DNA of 64,000 bases from Gammaproteobacteria bacterium (GCA_012269545.1 JAAXKB010000008.1:12348-76347); one strand, 5' to 3'; numbered from the stretch's first letter, positions 37,195 through 46,690 are shown. Program-made: numbers and translations. The notes: generated by a model from the letters alone, not told the origin.

Positions 37195-38070
37195 TTAGCC
37201 TGCAGGCGACAAAGCCTCAAGGCATGTCCAATCTAACTCGCCAACGTTGCCATTGGTGTTGATGGGCTGGATGCACACATGGTCTGCCCCGGCCTCCATA
37301 TGCTCGTTGATTCGCTCGCGCAGGGCGTCCGCATTTCCCCAAGCAAACGTTTCGTCGATGAAACGATCGCTGAGATTGTCTATGTCATTTTCGCTCAGCC
37401 CCATGCGCAACCAATTGTTGCGGTAATTCGGCAGACGGTTATAAATTTTGGCAATCGGCCTTGCCAGTTCCCGCGCCTTATTCGCGTCGGTTTCCAAGAT
37501 GACTTTCTGTTCTACGCAAAGTAGGGGCCCCTCACCGAGAATGTCTCGTGCCATCTTTGTATGCGATGGTCCAGTGAAATACGGATGCGCCCCTTGAGTA
37601 TGAGTCTTGGCCAATTCCAGCATTTTCGGCCCTAATGCGGCGATCAGCGTGAGCGGATCGGTCTCTTCTCGTACAGCCGTATACGGGGCTGTCCCCATCT
37701 GCTCTAAGTAGTTGCGCATGGTCGTTACGGGTGGGCCGTACTCGAGTTTTCGCACGCCCTCCACCAATGGCTTGTGAGATACGCCGATGGCCATCATGAA
37801 ACGGTCGCCTGACTGCTCCGCCAAGGTGTACTGGAGTGCCCGACTGACCGTGGGTTCGCGGTGATAGATGTTGGCAATTCCGGTGGCCAGCTTCAGCTTG
37901 CTGGTGTTGGCTAGGAGCCACGACGCGAGAACGAAGGGATTTTTTCCCACGGTTTCTGGTAGCCAGAGGGTGTCGTATCCCAGTTGCTCCAGACGCTTTG
38001 CCGAATTCGCGGCGTCTGGCGAACTTACACCGTCAAAAAAATACCAGACGCCTAATTTACCCACTTCCAT
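37195..38070 (-). CDS. LLM-class (luciferase-like) flavin/F420-dependent oxidoreductase
   Basis: 291-aa luciferase-like family sequence (LGYDTLWLPETVGKNPF..., FMMAIGVSHKPLVE). Confidence 0.8.
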   Translation of the reverse strand: MEVGKLGVWYFFDGVSSPDAANSAKRLEQLGYDTLWLPETVGKNPFVLASWLLANTSKLKLATGIANIYHREPTVSRALQYTLAEQSGDRFMMAIGVSHKPLVEGVRKLEYGPPVTTMRNYLEQMGTAPYTAVREETDPLTLIAALGPKMLELAKTHTQGAHPYFTGPSHTKMARDILGEGPLLCVEQKVILETDANKARELARPIAKIYNRLPNYRNNWLRMGLSENDIDNLSDRFIDETFAWGNADALRERINEHMEAGADHVCIQPINTNGNVGELDWTCLEALSPAG

Positions 38071-38271
38071 AAAACTCTCCAGTAATGAATTAACTCGCCG
38101 GTCAAGGTTGTCTGTTTGTGAGGACTAAAACAATGGGAGAAGCGGTAGCATTGTCGTACTTTTTTCTTTAGGCACCGCTGACTATGGCGCTACACTGAAG
38201 GGCTGCGAGCTTCATAGGTCCAACCCAGGCAAGCAGAGCGGGGTAAAGCCATTATCGAGTAACCGTATACT

Positions 38272-39681
38272 GTGAGCGAAGCCAGCCAAAATTCAGAACA
38301 AGACCCAGACGTCAACGAGCAGACTGCTGCTTCCTTGGGTGATGCGGCCGCGCGTCCGTCTATCTGGGAATTGGCGCTGCCCAGCATTTTAGGCAACTTG
38401 AGCTACACCATTGTGGGCATGGTGCAAACCAAGTTTGTGGGCGAGCTAGGTCCGCAAGCACTGGCCGCTGTAGGTGCCGGACAACGTGTGATGTTTGCGA
38501 TGTTGGCGGTGCTGATGGCGGTCAGTGCAGGCACTACGGCCTTGGTAGCCCGGGCTTGGGGCGCGGGAGACTATCAAGAGGCAAGTCGCGTCACCATGGC
38601 ATCCTTGGTGCTGGGCGCTGGTCTGGCTGCCGTAGTGGCGATTTTGGGTTTCCTATTTGCAGGCTCTCTGGCCGGCGTATTTGGCCTTGATGACGAGACC
38701 TTGACCATGGCCACTCGCAACATCCGCTGGCTGTCATTCTTCAATATCGCTTTCGCCGGCATGCTGATTCTCAGTGCGGCACTGCGTGCGTCTGGCGACG
38801 CGTGGTCGCCACTGTGGATTGCAGCAGGTATCAATGTGTTGAATCTGCCCTTGCTATACGCCTTCATCTTTGGACGTTGGGGTATGCCGGAAATGGGTGT
38901 TGCCGGAGCCGCTGTAGCTGCGGGTATCGCGTTTTCTTTCGGCACCTTGGTGCTGATGACGCTTTGGGTGCGGCAAAAATTTCGCGTGCGGCATGTCACC
39001 GGCGGTTGGTGGCGCCGAGCCAGACTGCGACAACTGGTAGATATCGGTTATCCGGCGGCCCTAGAGCAGGGTGTATTTCAACTGGGATTCTTTATTTTTC
39101 TGATTGTTATCGGCAATAACTACGGTACCGAGGCTTTTGCGGCCTATAACATTGGTGTAAATGTGCTGGCAGTCTGTATGACCGTGGGTTTTGGATTCTC
39201 TATTGCAGGGTCCACCTTAGTCGGCCAGCACTTGGGGGCCAAGGATTTTGCCGGGGCCGCACGGAGCGGCTGGCGCTCTATGTGGCTGGCCATTGTTTCC
39301 ATGGGGAGCATTGGCTTTGCCGTGATGTACTACGCCGAGGGTCTGGCTAAATACTTTATCGGCAGCGGTGCGCTGACCATCGACTACACCGTCCAGTTTA
39401 TATACGTCTTAGGTGCCATGATGCCTTTGTTGGCCGTGGAGTTCGCTATAGGCGGTGCACTGCGCGGAGCAGGCGACACGCGATTTCCCTTAGTCACGAC
39501 TATTCTTGGTCTATTGGTGATGCGCTGTGGCCTGGCGGCGCTGGCGGCCTATTTCGGTTTGCCTGTCATTTGGGTCTACGCTGCGTTGATTGGCGACTAT
39601 GTGCTCAAGGGCATTTTGTTGATCTGGCGCTTTCGTCAGGGACGCTGGAAAACGATCATTCCTGAGAATCCGGCGTACTGA
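38272..39681 (+). CDS. MATE family efflux transporter
   Basis: 12-TM protein with a MATE-type N-terminus (ELALPSILGNLSYTIVGMVQTKFVGELGPQALAAVG). GTG start. Confidence 0.85.
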   Translation: MSEASQNSEQDPDVNEQTAASLGDAAARPSIWELALPSILGNLSYTIVGMVQTKFVGELGPQALAAVGAGQRVMFAMLAVLMAVSAGTTALVARAWGAGDYQEASRVTMASLVLGAGLAAVVAILGFLFAGSLAGVFGLDDETLTMATRNIRWLSFFNIAFAGMLILSAALRASGDAWSPLWIAAGINVLNLPLLYAFIFGRWGMPEMGVAGAAVAAGIAFSFGTLVLMTLWVRQKFRVRHVTGGWWRRARLRQLVDIGYPAALEQGVFQLGFFIFLIVIGNNYGTEAFAAYNIGVNVLAVCMTVGFGFSIAGSTLVGQHLGAKDFAGAARSGWRSMWLAIVSMGSIGFAVMYYAEGLAKYFIGSGALTIDYTVQFIYVLGAMMPLLAVEFAIGGALRGAGDTRFPLVTTILGLLVMRCGLAALAAYFGLPVIWVYAALIGDYVLKGILLIWRFRQGRWKTIIPENPAY

Positions 39682-40744
39682 TCAGGTGTTCTGAGCGGAT
39701 CTGCGAAGAAGACAGATCGTTGCGATAGACCGACTCCGGCACACTTTGGCACATTTGGCGTAGGGCATCGGGCAGCACAATATCCTCCAGAGTGACGAAA
39801 CGGTCATTGTCGACGCGTCCTAACACCAAAAATTGAATGTGTAATGCTTGCATACGCTGTACTGCCGCGTCGCGTTGTTTTGCGCTGTGGTGATAAAACC
39901 GAGTTTCGCCGATGCGCTGCATGGTGTCGGTGCCTAAGACAAAGGTTGTATTCGGGAACAAATCAGCCTTCGCGACAAAGGTTGCCTGATTGGTTAGCCA
40001 CACATCTCGGCCGGTCATGGTTGACAAGCGTTCCTGTACGGATAGGTAATCCAGGTCCGGTTTGTCGGCATTCCGCAACGTTAGCTCGAAGGCCCCCTTT
40101 CGCCCGGTGACTTGCTCCGCAACAGCCATCATCTCTTGGTGGCCTGCATGCAACGGATTGAACGAACCGGGCAATATCAGCGAGCCATCGTGATCTCCAC
40201 TGCACCAGCGGTAGGGGGCATCGTTGAGCAGGGGTTGCCAATCAGGTTTTGCCTGCATCGACTGGGTTTGCAGTCCTTGTCGCGCTTGACCAAGCAAGGC
40301 GCTGGCAAGACTATCAAGCATATTGGCAACCAAGGTCTGTTCTTGCTCGCCTCGCTCGGCTTGCCGGTCCAATTCGAGATAGAAAACGTGGGTCGCCAGA
40401 GCGGTTTGAATTGCCCAGTGGGCTCGAGTTTGTCCGCGCTTGGCCCTGTCCGTTGCCAAGCTTGCGGTGCAGCCAAAGCCAAAGTGGTCATTACCTGCGA
40501 ACGTTCGAGCGCGCTGATAGGCCGCCATGGCCAATGCTCGTGCCGTTGCGGTGGAGGACGCCTGCTCCGGGGTTTGGCCCAGCAAGTCGGCTAGGGCCTG
40601 ATTGGCGTAAGGAATGCTGGCATCCAGAAGCGTTTTCGATGCACCGGGCACGGCCAACAAATCAGTCAGCAGAGAGGCACCGCCACCTGTGACGTGGAAT
40701 ACCCCGCGCCAGGGTGAATCGTGCAGCTGCTGGACGATGTTCAT
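39656..40744 (-). CDS. fusion protein: N-terminal CinA-C/PncC-like domain + C-terminal NadD/NMNAT-like nucleotidyltransferase domain
   Basis: The N-terminus (HVTGGGASLLTDLLAVPGASKTLLDASIPYANQALADLLG) parallels the CinA C-terminal domain pattern (TGG..L...PG.S......Y.N.A...LLG). The C-terminus has the HxGH motif (GSFNPLHAGH) and an ISSTxxR-like motif (DLSSSQIRSE). Its start lies 3 nt after the hydrolase stop. Confidence 0.7.
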   Translation of the reverse strand: MNIVQQLHDSPWRGVFHVTGGGASLLTDLLAVPGASKTLLDASIPYANQALADLLGQTPEQASSTATARALAMAAYQRARTFAGNDHFGFGCTASLATDRAKRGQTRAHWAIQTALATHVFYLELDRQAERGEQEQTLVANMLDSLASALLGQARQGLQTQSMQAKPDWQPLLNDAPYRWCSGDHDGSLILPGSFNPLHAGHQEMMAVAEQVTGRKGAFELTLRNADKPDLDYLSVQERLSTMTGRDVWLTNQATFVAKADLFPNTTFVLGTDTMQRIGETRFYHHSAKQRDAAVQRMQALHIQFLVLGRVDNDRFVTLEDIVLPDALRQMCQSVPESVYRNDLSSSQIRSEHLISTPDSQE

Positions 40745-40747
40745 GAG

Positions 40748-41635
40748 CTAAGCGGAACTGTTAAGGAACGTTTTCACACGCTGAACAAAACCTTCGAGCT
40801 GGTCGTGATGCACCCAATGTCCTGCATCGGCAAAGGCCTCTACTTCCAACGGGCAGTTAAAACTCTTTGTGCGCCCATCTGCGATGGGGTCTGAAGCCCA
40901 TGATTCCAGCCCTCTTACGAGTAACGTTGGGCAGGTAATGTTGCCGTAAAGCGTTGCCATATCGCTGAACGGAATGCCGATGGGCGAAAAGTTGCGGACG
41001 TAGTTGTCGAACTTCCAGCTGAAGGTGCCGTCCTCGTTCTGATTACTGCCGTGAATGGTGAGGTGGCGAGCTTGCGCTTCTGACAGATGTGGATTCTCGG
41101 TTTGCATGCGTTGGAAGGCCTCTTCCAGTGAAGGGTAGCGTTTAACCAAACGCCCAGAGGATTTACGCACATCGTTCATCCAGCCGTGCAGGCGTTCACT
41201 CATGGTCTGATCCATGCGCTCCTTGATCATGGCAGGAGGAGGCCCCATGCCTTCTATCGCAACGAGCTTGTTTACTCGTTCAGGGTGTAAGGCGGTATAG
41301 AGCAAGGAAATAGATCCGCCCAAGGAATGCCCAATCACAGTCACCGGCGACATTTGTTTCTGTTGCAGCAGCTGGGCAATATCATAGACGTAGTCAATCT
41401 GATTGTAGCTGCCGCCAAGCATCCACTCGCTGTCACCATGGCCGCGCAGATCCGGAGCGATGATGTGGTAATCGTGCCGAAAATGCTCCGCCACCCAGTC
41501 CCAGTTGCGGCAATGATCGCGGCCCCCATGAATCAGAATCATCGGCGGTGCGTCTGGGTTGCCCCAGTCGGTGTAGTGCAGGCGCAGGCGCTGGGAGAAG
41601 TAGGTGTGGGATGTTGGGCCCAGAGTAGCGGTCAT
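40748..41635 (-). CDS. alpha/beta hydrolase fold protein
   Basis: LIHGGRDHCRNW, APDLRGHGDS, nucleophile elbow GHSLGGS, and C-terminal GHWVHHD. Confidence 0.85.
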   Translation of the reverse strand: MTATLGPTSHTYFSQRLRLHYTDWGNPDAPPMILIHGGRDHCRNWDWVAEHFRHDYHIIAPDLRGHGDSEWMLGGSYNQIDYVYDIAQLLQQKQMSPVTVIGHSLGGSISLLYTALHPERVNKLVAIEGMGPPPAMIKERMDQTMSERLHGWMNDVRKSSGRLVKRYPSLEEAFQRMQTENPHLSEAQARHLTIHGSNQNEDGTFSWKFDNYVRNFSPIGIPFSDMATLYGNITCPTLLVRGLESWASDPIADGRTKSFNCPLEVEAFADAGHWVHHDQLEGFVQRVKTFLNSSA

Positions 41636-41707
41636 AATAAAAGTCCTGAATGGCGGAACAGATGGTTTTCGCGTCGATTATAAATCACCACCCAGATTTG
41701 AGCGCGG

Positions 41708-42967
41708 CTATTTCTTCGCGTTTGCGTGCCGAAACGTGATTCGAGCAACCAAGGCTTCAATAACAAAGCCCAGGATCAGAATAAAGGTGGCGTTGACGGG
41801 GCTGAGCCAGCCGAGGAAAAAGAATAATTGAGCGCAGGCATAAATGCCGACAACCCGCAAAATACTGCCGTAGGCCATGCCTCCGGTGCGCCGCATCATC
41901 ATCAGATGGGCATGAAAGTAGTTTCGATAAATGATGATGGCGGGCATTAAGCACATGATCAGGGTGGCATCCCTGGCAATCGAGATCAGTTCGGCCGGCA
42001 GGCCCATTATTGATCCCCACACCCACTGATAAAGCGGAGTAAGCGAATAAATCAGCATGATTGCTGTAATGCCCGCGCAGATGATTGCCATAAAATGACG
42101 CTTGCTTGTGAGGTCGTCAAAACCAAAGCTGATAAAAAAATGACGGAACTGATTGGCGGCCTGCTGAAAAATCATGCTGAAGTCAAAGGCGACCCGCAGT
42201 GCTGCGATGGAGGCAATGCCATCAGGTGTTCTGGCGACAAAGGCGAATAAAATAGGGCGGCTCAAGGCAAACATAACTCCGGTGGTAGATACCGGGATAA
42301 AGAAGCCCAGCAACTCTCGATAGGTGACATCCTCGTGCTCTGTTTTCTCTGGTGCTTGATACAGGCGATAGCGCGCGAACAGCAGTAAAATCAGCATCAC
42401 GATCACGCCTAAGGCCTCAGATCCAACCACCACGTAGACCGGCTTGATGGCCAGCGCCAAACCGGTCAGCAAGGCAGCAATCACCACGCCTAAATAGGTA
42501 AAGTTGATCAGGGTCATCCAGCCGGTGAGTTTGGCCTGAACAAGCAGGCCAGAGAAATAGTGACGCTGGCCGTTCAAGAGAATCATCGGACACAAAAGCA
42601 CCAGATACTCACCAACACGGGTGGTGAGTGCGGTGTCGATGCTGAAAATTTGGGAGACGAGCCACAGACCAGAGTCAGTTCCGGCGAGAGCTGCCAACGG
42701 CAGCATGATTGCTGTGCTTGCTATAACAACGAAACGCCAGGACCTACGCGTGGCCTCGGGGCTGCGGGCATAGACATTGGCGAGCTGCGCGATGAACTGT
42801 AGCGAGGCATTAAAAAAGCTGAAGACACCATAGGACAGAGCGAGCACTGCAAGCTCGGTGACTGCATCGGGATACTTGGCAAGCGTGGCGTTCTGAAACT
42901 GAACAGACAGCACCATGCCCACGCCAATGAGGGCAAGCGGCCAGTAAAAGCGCCAATAGGTGAGCAC
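41708..42967 (-). CDS. polytopic inner-membrane protein, MATE/MOP-like (function unknown)
   Basis: 419 aa with about 12 hydrophobic helices. Only a weak resemblance to MOP-superfamily transporters. No specific family recognised. Confidence 0.55.
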   Translation of the reverse strand: MLTYWRFYWPLALIGVGMVLSVQFQNATLAKYPDAVTELAVLALSYGVFSFFNASLQFIAQLANVYARSPEATRRSWRFVVIASTAIMLPLAALAGTDSGLWLVSQIFSIDTALTTRVGEYLVLLCPMILLNGQRHYFSGLLVQAKLTGWMTLINFTYLGVVIAALLTGLALAIKPVYVVVGSEALGVIVMLILLLFARYRLYQAPEKTEHEDVTYRELLGFFIPVSTTGVMFALSRPILFAFVARTPDGIASIAALRVAFDFSMIFQQAANQFRHFFISFGFDDLTSKRHFMAIICAGITAIMLIYSLTPLYQWVWGSIMGLPAELISIARDATLIMCLMPAIIIYRNYFHAHLMMMRRTGGMAYGSILRVVGIYACAQLFFFLGWLSPVNATFILILGFVIEALVARITFRHANAKK

Positions 42968-42986
42968 CGATTTTAAGGGACGCGCG

Positions 42987-43577
42987 TTAGCGAGCGAAGG
43001 TCAGTGAGAACGTTACCGGTACGCTGTAACTAATAGAGGGTAAGCCTGCTATCTCGCGCAGCGCCTCGATGCCCGATTCAAGCCCTAGGGGCGACGCCTG
43101 AACGATGATGGGCGCAATTGTGGTGACGCTGACGCGGTTCCCGTTCGTGGGTACGACGAGAACCTGCCCCTGCACTGGTGCGGTTTGCCCGGCCAAGCTG
43201 AGTTCGGCATCGATGGCCAATGTCGACGGTGCGCTAAGTGTTTCGATGGCCGTCAAATCGATTTCAGCTCTTATTCGCGCGTCGGGAAACGATACAACGT
43301 CAAACAACATAGACTGCATTCGCTGGTCGCGTATGTCGATGCCGGTATGAACGCTGCTTAAATCGATAATCAGCTCGGCTGACCCGTCACTGGTTACCGT
43401 GCCGGATAGCTCGTTAAACGTATGGGTTTCGGCAATGTGAGTGGCCTTGGTTGAGACGAAGTTTAGCCTTGATGCCTCGTTCACAAGAGTCCAGTCCGCT
43501 TGGGCGGATACCGCCGTGATCAGCAGGCTGAGGAAAAGCGTCAAACGCAGGGTCGGCTGTTGCATAGGGTCAGTCAT
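42987..43577 (-). CDS. YceI family periplasmic protein
   Basis: Signal peptide followed by a YceI-like core (DWTLVNEASRLNFVSTKATHIAETHTFNELSGTV). Start moved from 43730 to 43577, so that it follows the ACAD stop at 43595. Confidence 0.8.
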   Translation of the reverse strand: MTDPMQQPTLRLTLFLSLLITAVSAQADWTLVNEASRLNFVSTKATHIAETHTFNELSGTVTSDGSAELIIDLSSVHTGIDIRDQRMQSMLFDVVSFPDARIRAEIDLTAIETLSAPSTLAIDAELSLAGQTAPVQGQVLVVPTNGNRVSVTTIAPIIVQASPLGLESGIEALREIAGLPSISYSVPVTFSLTFAR

Positions 43578-43594
43578 AAGTTTTTCCTGCACCC

Positions 43595-44749
43595 CTACAG
43601 GGTGCGGCTGATGAGTTCTTTCATGATTTCGTTGGTGCCGCCGTAGATCGTTTGTACTCGAGCGTCGCGGTACATACGCGAGATGGGATACTCCTCCATG
43701 TAGCCTGCGCCACCGTGCAGTTGCAGGCACGTCTCGATGACTTGGTTTTGTTTGTCGGTAGTCCAGTACTTGGCCATGGAAGCAGTGGAGGCGTCGAGTT
43801 CACCGGCTAAGTGCTTAATCAAACATTGGTCGACAAACGTGCGCGCGATCAGTGCGTCGGTTTTGCATTCAGCCAGTTTGAACTTAGTGTTTTGAAAATC
43901 CAGCACGCGCTGGCCGAAGGCTTTGCGCTCTTTCACAAAGTCCAAGGTCAGCGTGATCGCGCGTTCCATTTCCACCACCGCGGCTTGCGCAATGTTAAGG
44001 CGTTCTTGTGGCAGCTGTTGCATCAGCTGTACAAAACCTTTGCCTTCTTCGCCCACCAAGTTTGCGACAGGCACCCGACACTCCTCGAAAAACAGCTCTG
44101 ATGTGTCCGCTGCTGCTTGACCGAGTTTCTTCAAATTCCGGCCTTTGGTAAATCCTGCCGTACCGGCCTCTACAACGATCAAACTGATGCCCCTGGCGCC
44201 TAGGGATGGATTCGTTTTAGCGACAACGATGACGAGGTCGCAGTGTTGGCCGTTGCTGATATACGTTTTTGAGCCATTGATGACAAATTCATCGCCGTCC
44301 CGGATGGCCGTGGTGCGGATGCTTTGCAAATCGGAACCGGTATTGGGTTCAGTCATAGCAATGGCGCCCACGTGGGTACCAGCTGCCATGCCGGGCAACC
44401 AACGTTGTTTTTGTTCTTCGGTGCCATAATGCAGAAAGTAAGGAGCCACGATTTGGCTGTGAACCTGAGAGCCCAGCCCCGACGCGCCAGAGCGTAACTG
44501 CTCCTCAAGAATAACCGTCTCATGACGGTAATCACCTCCCGATCCGCCATATTGGGTGGGTATCTCTGCCAGTAAAAAACCTGCCGCACCGGTTTTGCTC
44601 CAAGCCTCTCGGTCAACGATGCCATTGGCCTCCCAAGTTTCTTGCTGAGGTGCGAGCTCGGAGGTGAAGAATTTCCGCGCCGCATCCCGCAACATACTCA
44701 ATTCGTCGTTCATCCAAGGCGACGTATAATTTTCGAAAAGTTCGGTCAT
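43595..44749 (-). CDS. acyl-CoA dehydrogenase (long-chain/isovaleryl type, IYGGTNEIM variant)
   Basis: Full ACAD motifs (MTEPNTGSDL, INGSKTYISNG, LHGGAGYMEEYPISRMYRDARVQTIYGGTNEIMKELISR). Confidence 0.9.
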   Translation of the reverse strand: MTELFENYTSPWMNDELSMLRDAARKFFTSELAPQQETWEANGIVDREAWSKTGAAGFLLAEIPTQYGGSGGDYRHETVILEEQLRSGASGLGSQVHSQIVAPYFLHYGTEEQKQRWLPGMAAGTHVGAIAMTEPNTGSDLQSIRTTAIRDGDEFVINGSKTYISNGQHCDLVIVVAKTNPSLGARGISLIVVEAGTAGFTKGRNLKKLGQAAADTSELFFEECRVPVANLVGEEGKGFVQLMQQLPQERLNIAQAAVVEMERAITLTLDFVKERKAFGQRVLDFQNTKFKLAECKTDALIARTFVDQCLIKHLAGELDASTASMAKYWTTDKQNQVIETCLQLHGGAGYMEEYPISRMYRDARVQTIYGGTNEIMKELISRTL

Positions 44750-44835
44750 AAGCCTGTCCTGAAGGGCACTTGAGATTGAGTCTATCGTATTGGCGATCGT
44801 TTAGGCGACTTGTCAACTGCCGAGGCTTGGAGTTC

Positions 44836-45666
44836 TTAGGCGTAACCGGCTGCGGCGTAAGGCGCTGAATAAACCTCGATTCTGCCATCTCGATTGGCAC
44901 GGCAAGCCTCAGGGTCCGATGACGAAGCCGTTAGGACATAAAGATGATCACCGCCAATCATGCAAGCATAGGCCCCGCCTTCCACCTCAATGCGGTGTGT
45001 TACCTCGCCGCCTTGGACCTGCCGAATGCACTCATTGGTTGTCGGCGATGCACTCCAGATCCCGTCAGCTGCGTCTAAACAGATGCCGTCGGGCACGGCA
45101 CCCTTCGGTAGTTTTGCCCAGGTTCGTTTGTTGCTGAGATCGCCGGATGCGTCGATGTCAAAAGCGGTTAGTGCTCGGGCAAAGGTCTCTCCGACGATGA
45201 GTGTGCGACGATCTGCAGTGATCACCGAGCCATTGGGAAAGAAGACGTCGTCATCGACAATCTTCGCTGCACCATCTGGGTCAACGCGGACAAGTACTGT
45301 CGAGCGCGGTTTCTCGCCAGCGTGCAAGTCGAAACCAAAGTTGCCGACATAGGCTCGCCCTAGAGGGTCAACGACCATGTCGTTGCAGCGATGGCTGGCC
45401 AGTTCGCTCAGATCTGCGTGGACGGACAATGCCTTGCCGTCAAAGCACAGGAGCTGTCGTTTTCTCATCGAGACCACCAACAAGTCGCCGTTAGGCAGCC
45501 AGCCGAGGCCGGACGGTTCATCGTTAGGCAGTCTCAAAAGGGTGGTTTTCTCTCCTTGTGGAGTGACAGTGCACACGCATTGGTCATGCATGTCTGAAAA
45601 CCACAGCTGGCCGTTACGCCACCTAGGCCCTTCGGCGAAATAAAGGTTATCGAGCAGAATAGTCAT
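44836..45666 (-). CDS. SMP-30/gluconolactonase/LRE family protein
   Basis: Six-bladed propeller family sequence (YFAEGPRWRNGQLWFSDM..., PNGSVITADRRTLIVGETF). Confidence 0.85.
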   Translation of the reverse strand: MTILLDNLYFAEGPRWRNGQLWFSDMHDQCVCTVTPQGEKTTLLRLPNDEPSGLGWLPNGDLLVVSMRKRQLLCFDGKALSVHADLSELASHRCNDMVVDPLGRAYVGNFGFDLHAGEKPRSTVLVRVDPDGAAKIVDDDVFFPNGSVITADRRTLIVGETFARALTAFDIDASGDLSNKRTWAKLPKGAVPDGICLDAADGIWSASPTTNECIRQVQGGEVTHRIEVEGGAYACMIGGDHLYVLTASSSDPEACRANRDGRIEVYSAPYAAAGYA

Positions 45667-45807
45667 GACTGATCCCCACTTTGCGTGATGTCAGGATAGC
45701 AGTGGAATCGAGAAAAGCAGAGGGGCCAGACTGGGCGGGTATTTGACTATTCGGGATCGTTCAGACCGGGAAGGATGGGGCGGATTGACGATTCGAAATG
45801 CTGGAAA

Positions 45808-46020
45808 TCACGCCAGGACATTTGTCGATACCGTGGATGCTGCGCAGGTTAAGAACCACTCCTCAATGATCCGCCGCTGCCATCCCAGCTGTTCGGCAAG
45901 TTCGGCGATTGTCAGACGGTGTTGCTCTCGAAGAGTCAGGGCGCGCTGGTTCAAGTCACCCCGGGTATCGGTCGTTGCACCTCGCTCAATTTCCCACCAG
46001 ATCGAACGCAGTTCATTCAA
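45808..46020 (-). other. possible degenerate small HTH (excisionase/MerR-like) ORF with no ATG start
   Basis: The open frame continues upstream of the TTG at 46020 without any ATG or GTG. It contains LTIAELAEQLGWQRRIIEEW, which resembles HTH_17-type motifs. No RBS seen. Confidence 0.25.
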
Positions 46021-46198
46021 ATCACGATCGAAATCAAACGTGCCGATGTCGTTACCTTCGCTGAGGCACCGGGCATGGCGGTTTCTCTCAACGTGAAGTA
46101 CGAATTTTAGTTTGCCCTAGGCAGCGCCCCGGGGGCCCGTGAAGGGTTGCCCGACGGGGCTGTTGAGCCAAGTCGAATTCGGTCGTTCTTAGGGCTTT

Positions 46199-46690
46199 TC
46201 AGCTTGACGCTTCAATGGCCTCTAAGATGACCTCCTTTAATTCCTCTGGCGCAGTCTGAGGGCTGAAACGCCCGACGACTTGGCCATTCCCGTCGACGAG
46301 AAATTTGGCGAAGTTCCAAGGGATATCGGTGTTGCCCTCTTCGTCGGCACGCTCACTCTTCAGCAGATTGTACAGATCGCAGGCATGCGTGCCGTTGACG
46401 TCTATCTTGCTGAAAATCGGGAAGTTCGCATGATATTTGCTTTGCGCAAATTCCAATATTTCGGCATCACTGCCCGGTTCCTGGGCACCAAATTGATTGC
46501 AGGGAAAGGCCATTACGGTGAACGGATGATCGCTGAATTCTTCTTGCAGAGTACGCAACCCGGCGTACTGATTGGTAAGGCCTCAGCGGCTGGCTACGTT
46601 AACGATTAGGCAGGTTTGCCCGGCAAATTGCTCAAACGCGATTGCATCGCCCTTGGCATCCTTCATAGTGAGATCGTGAAATTGGGTCAT
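46199..46690 (-). CDS. glutathione peroxidase with in-frame TGA at the catalytic position (predicted selenocysteine at codon 36)
   Basis: Own translation from ATG 46690: MTQFHDLTMKDAKGDAIAFEQFAGQTCLIVNVASR-TGA(46585..46583)-GLTNQYAGLRTLQEEF..., continuing into track ORF 46199..46558. GPx motifs VNVASx[C/U]GxT, FPCNQFGAQEPG and WNFAKFLV are intact. Total length is 163 codons. Confidence 0.75.
46550..46569 (-). other. SECIS-like hairpin downstream of the GPx TGA codon
   Basis: In the mRNA sense: AGUACGC-CGGGUU-GCGUACU, a perfect 7-bp stem starting 13 nt after the UGA. The G/U-containing apical loop lies about 20 nt downstream of the UGA. Confidence 0.5.
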
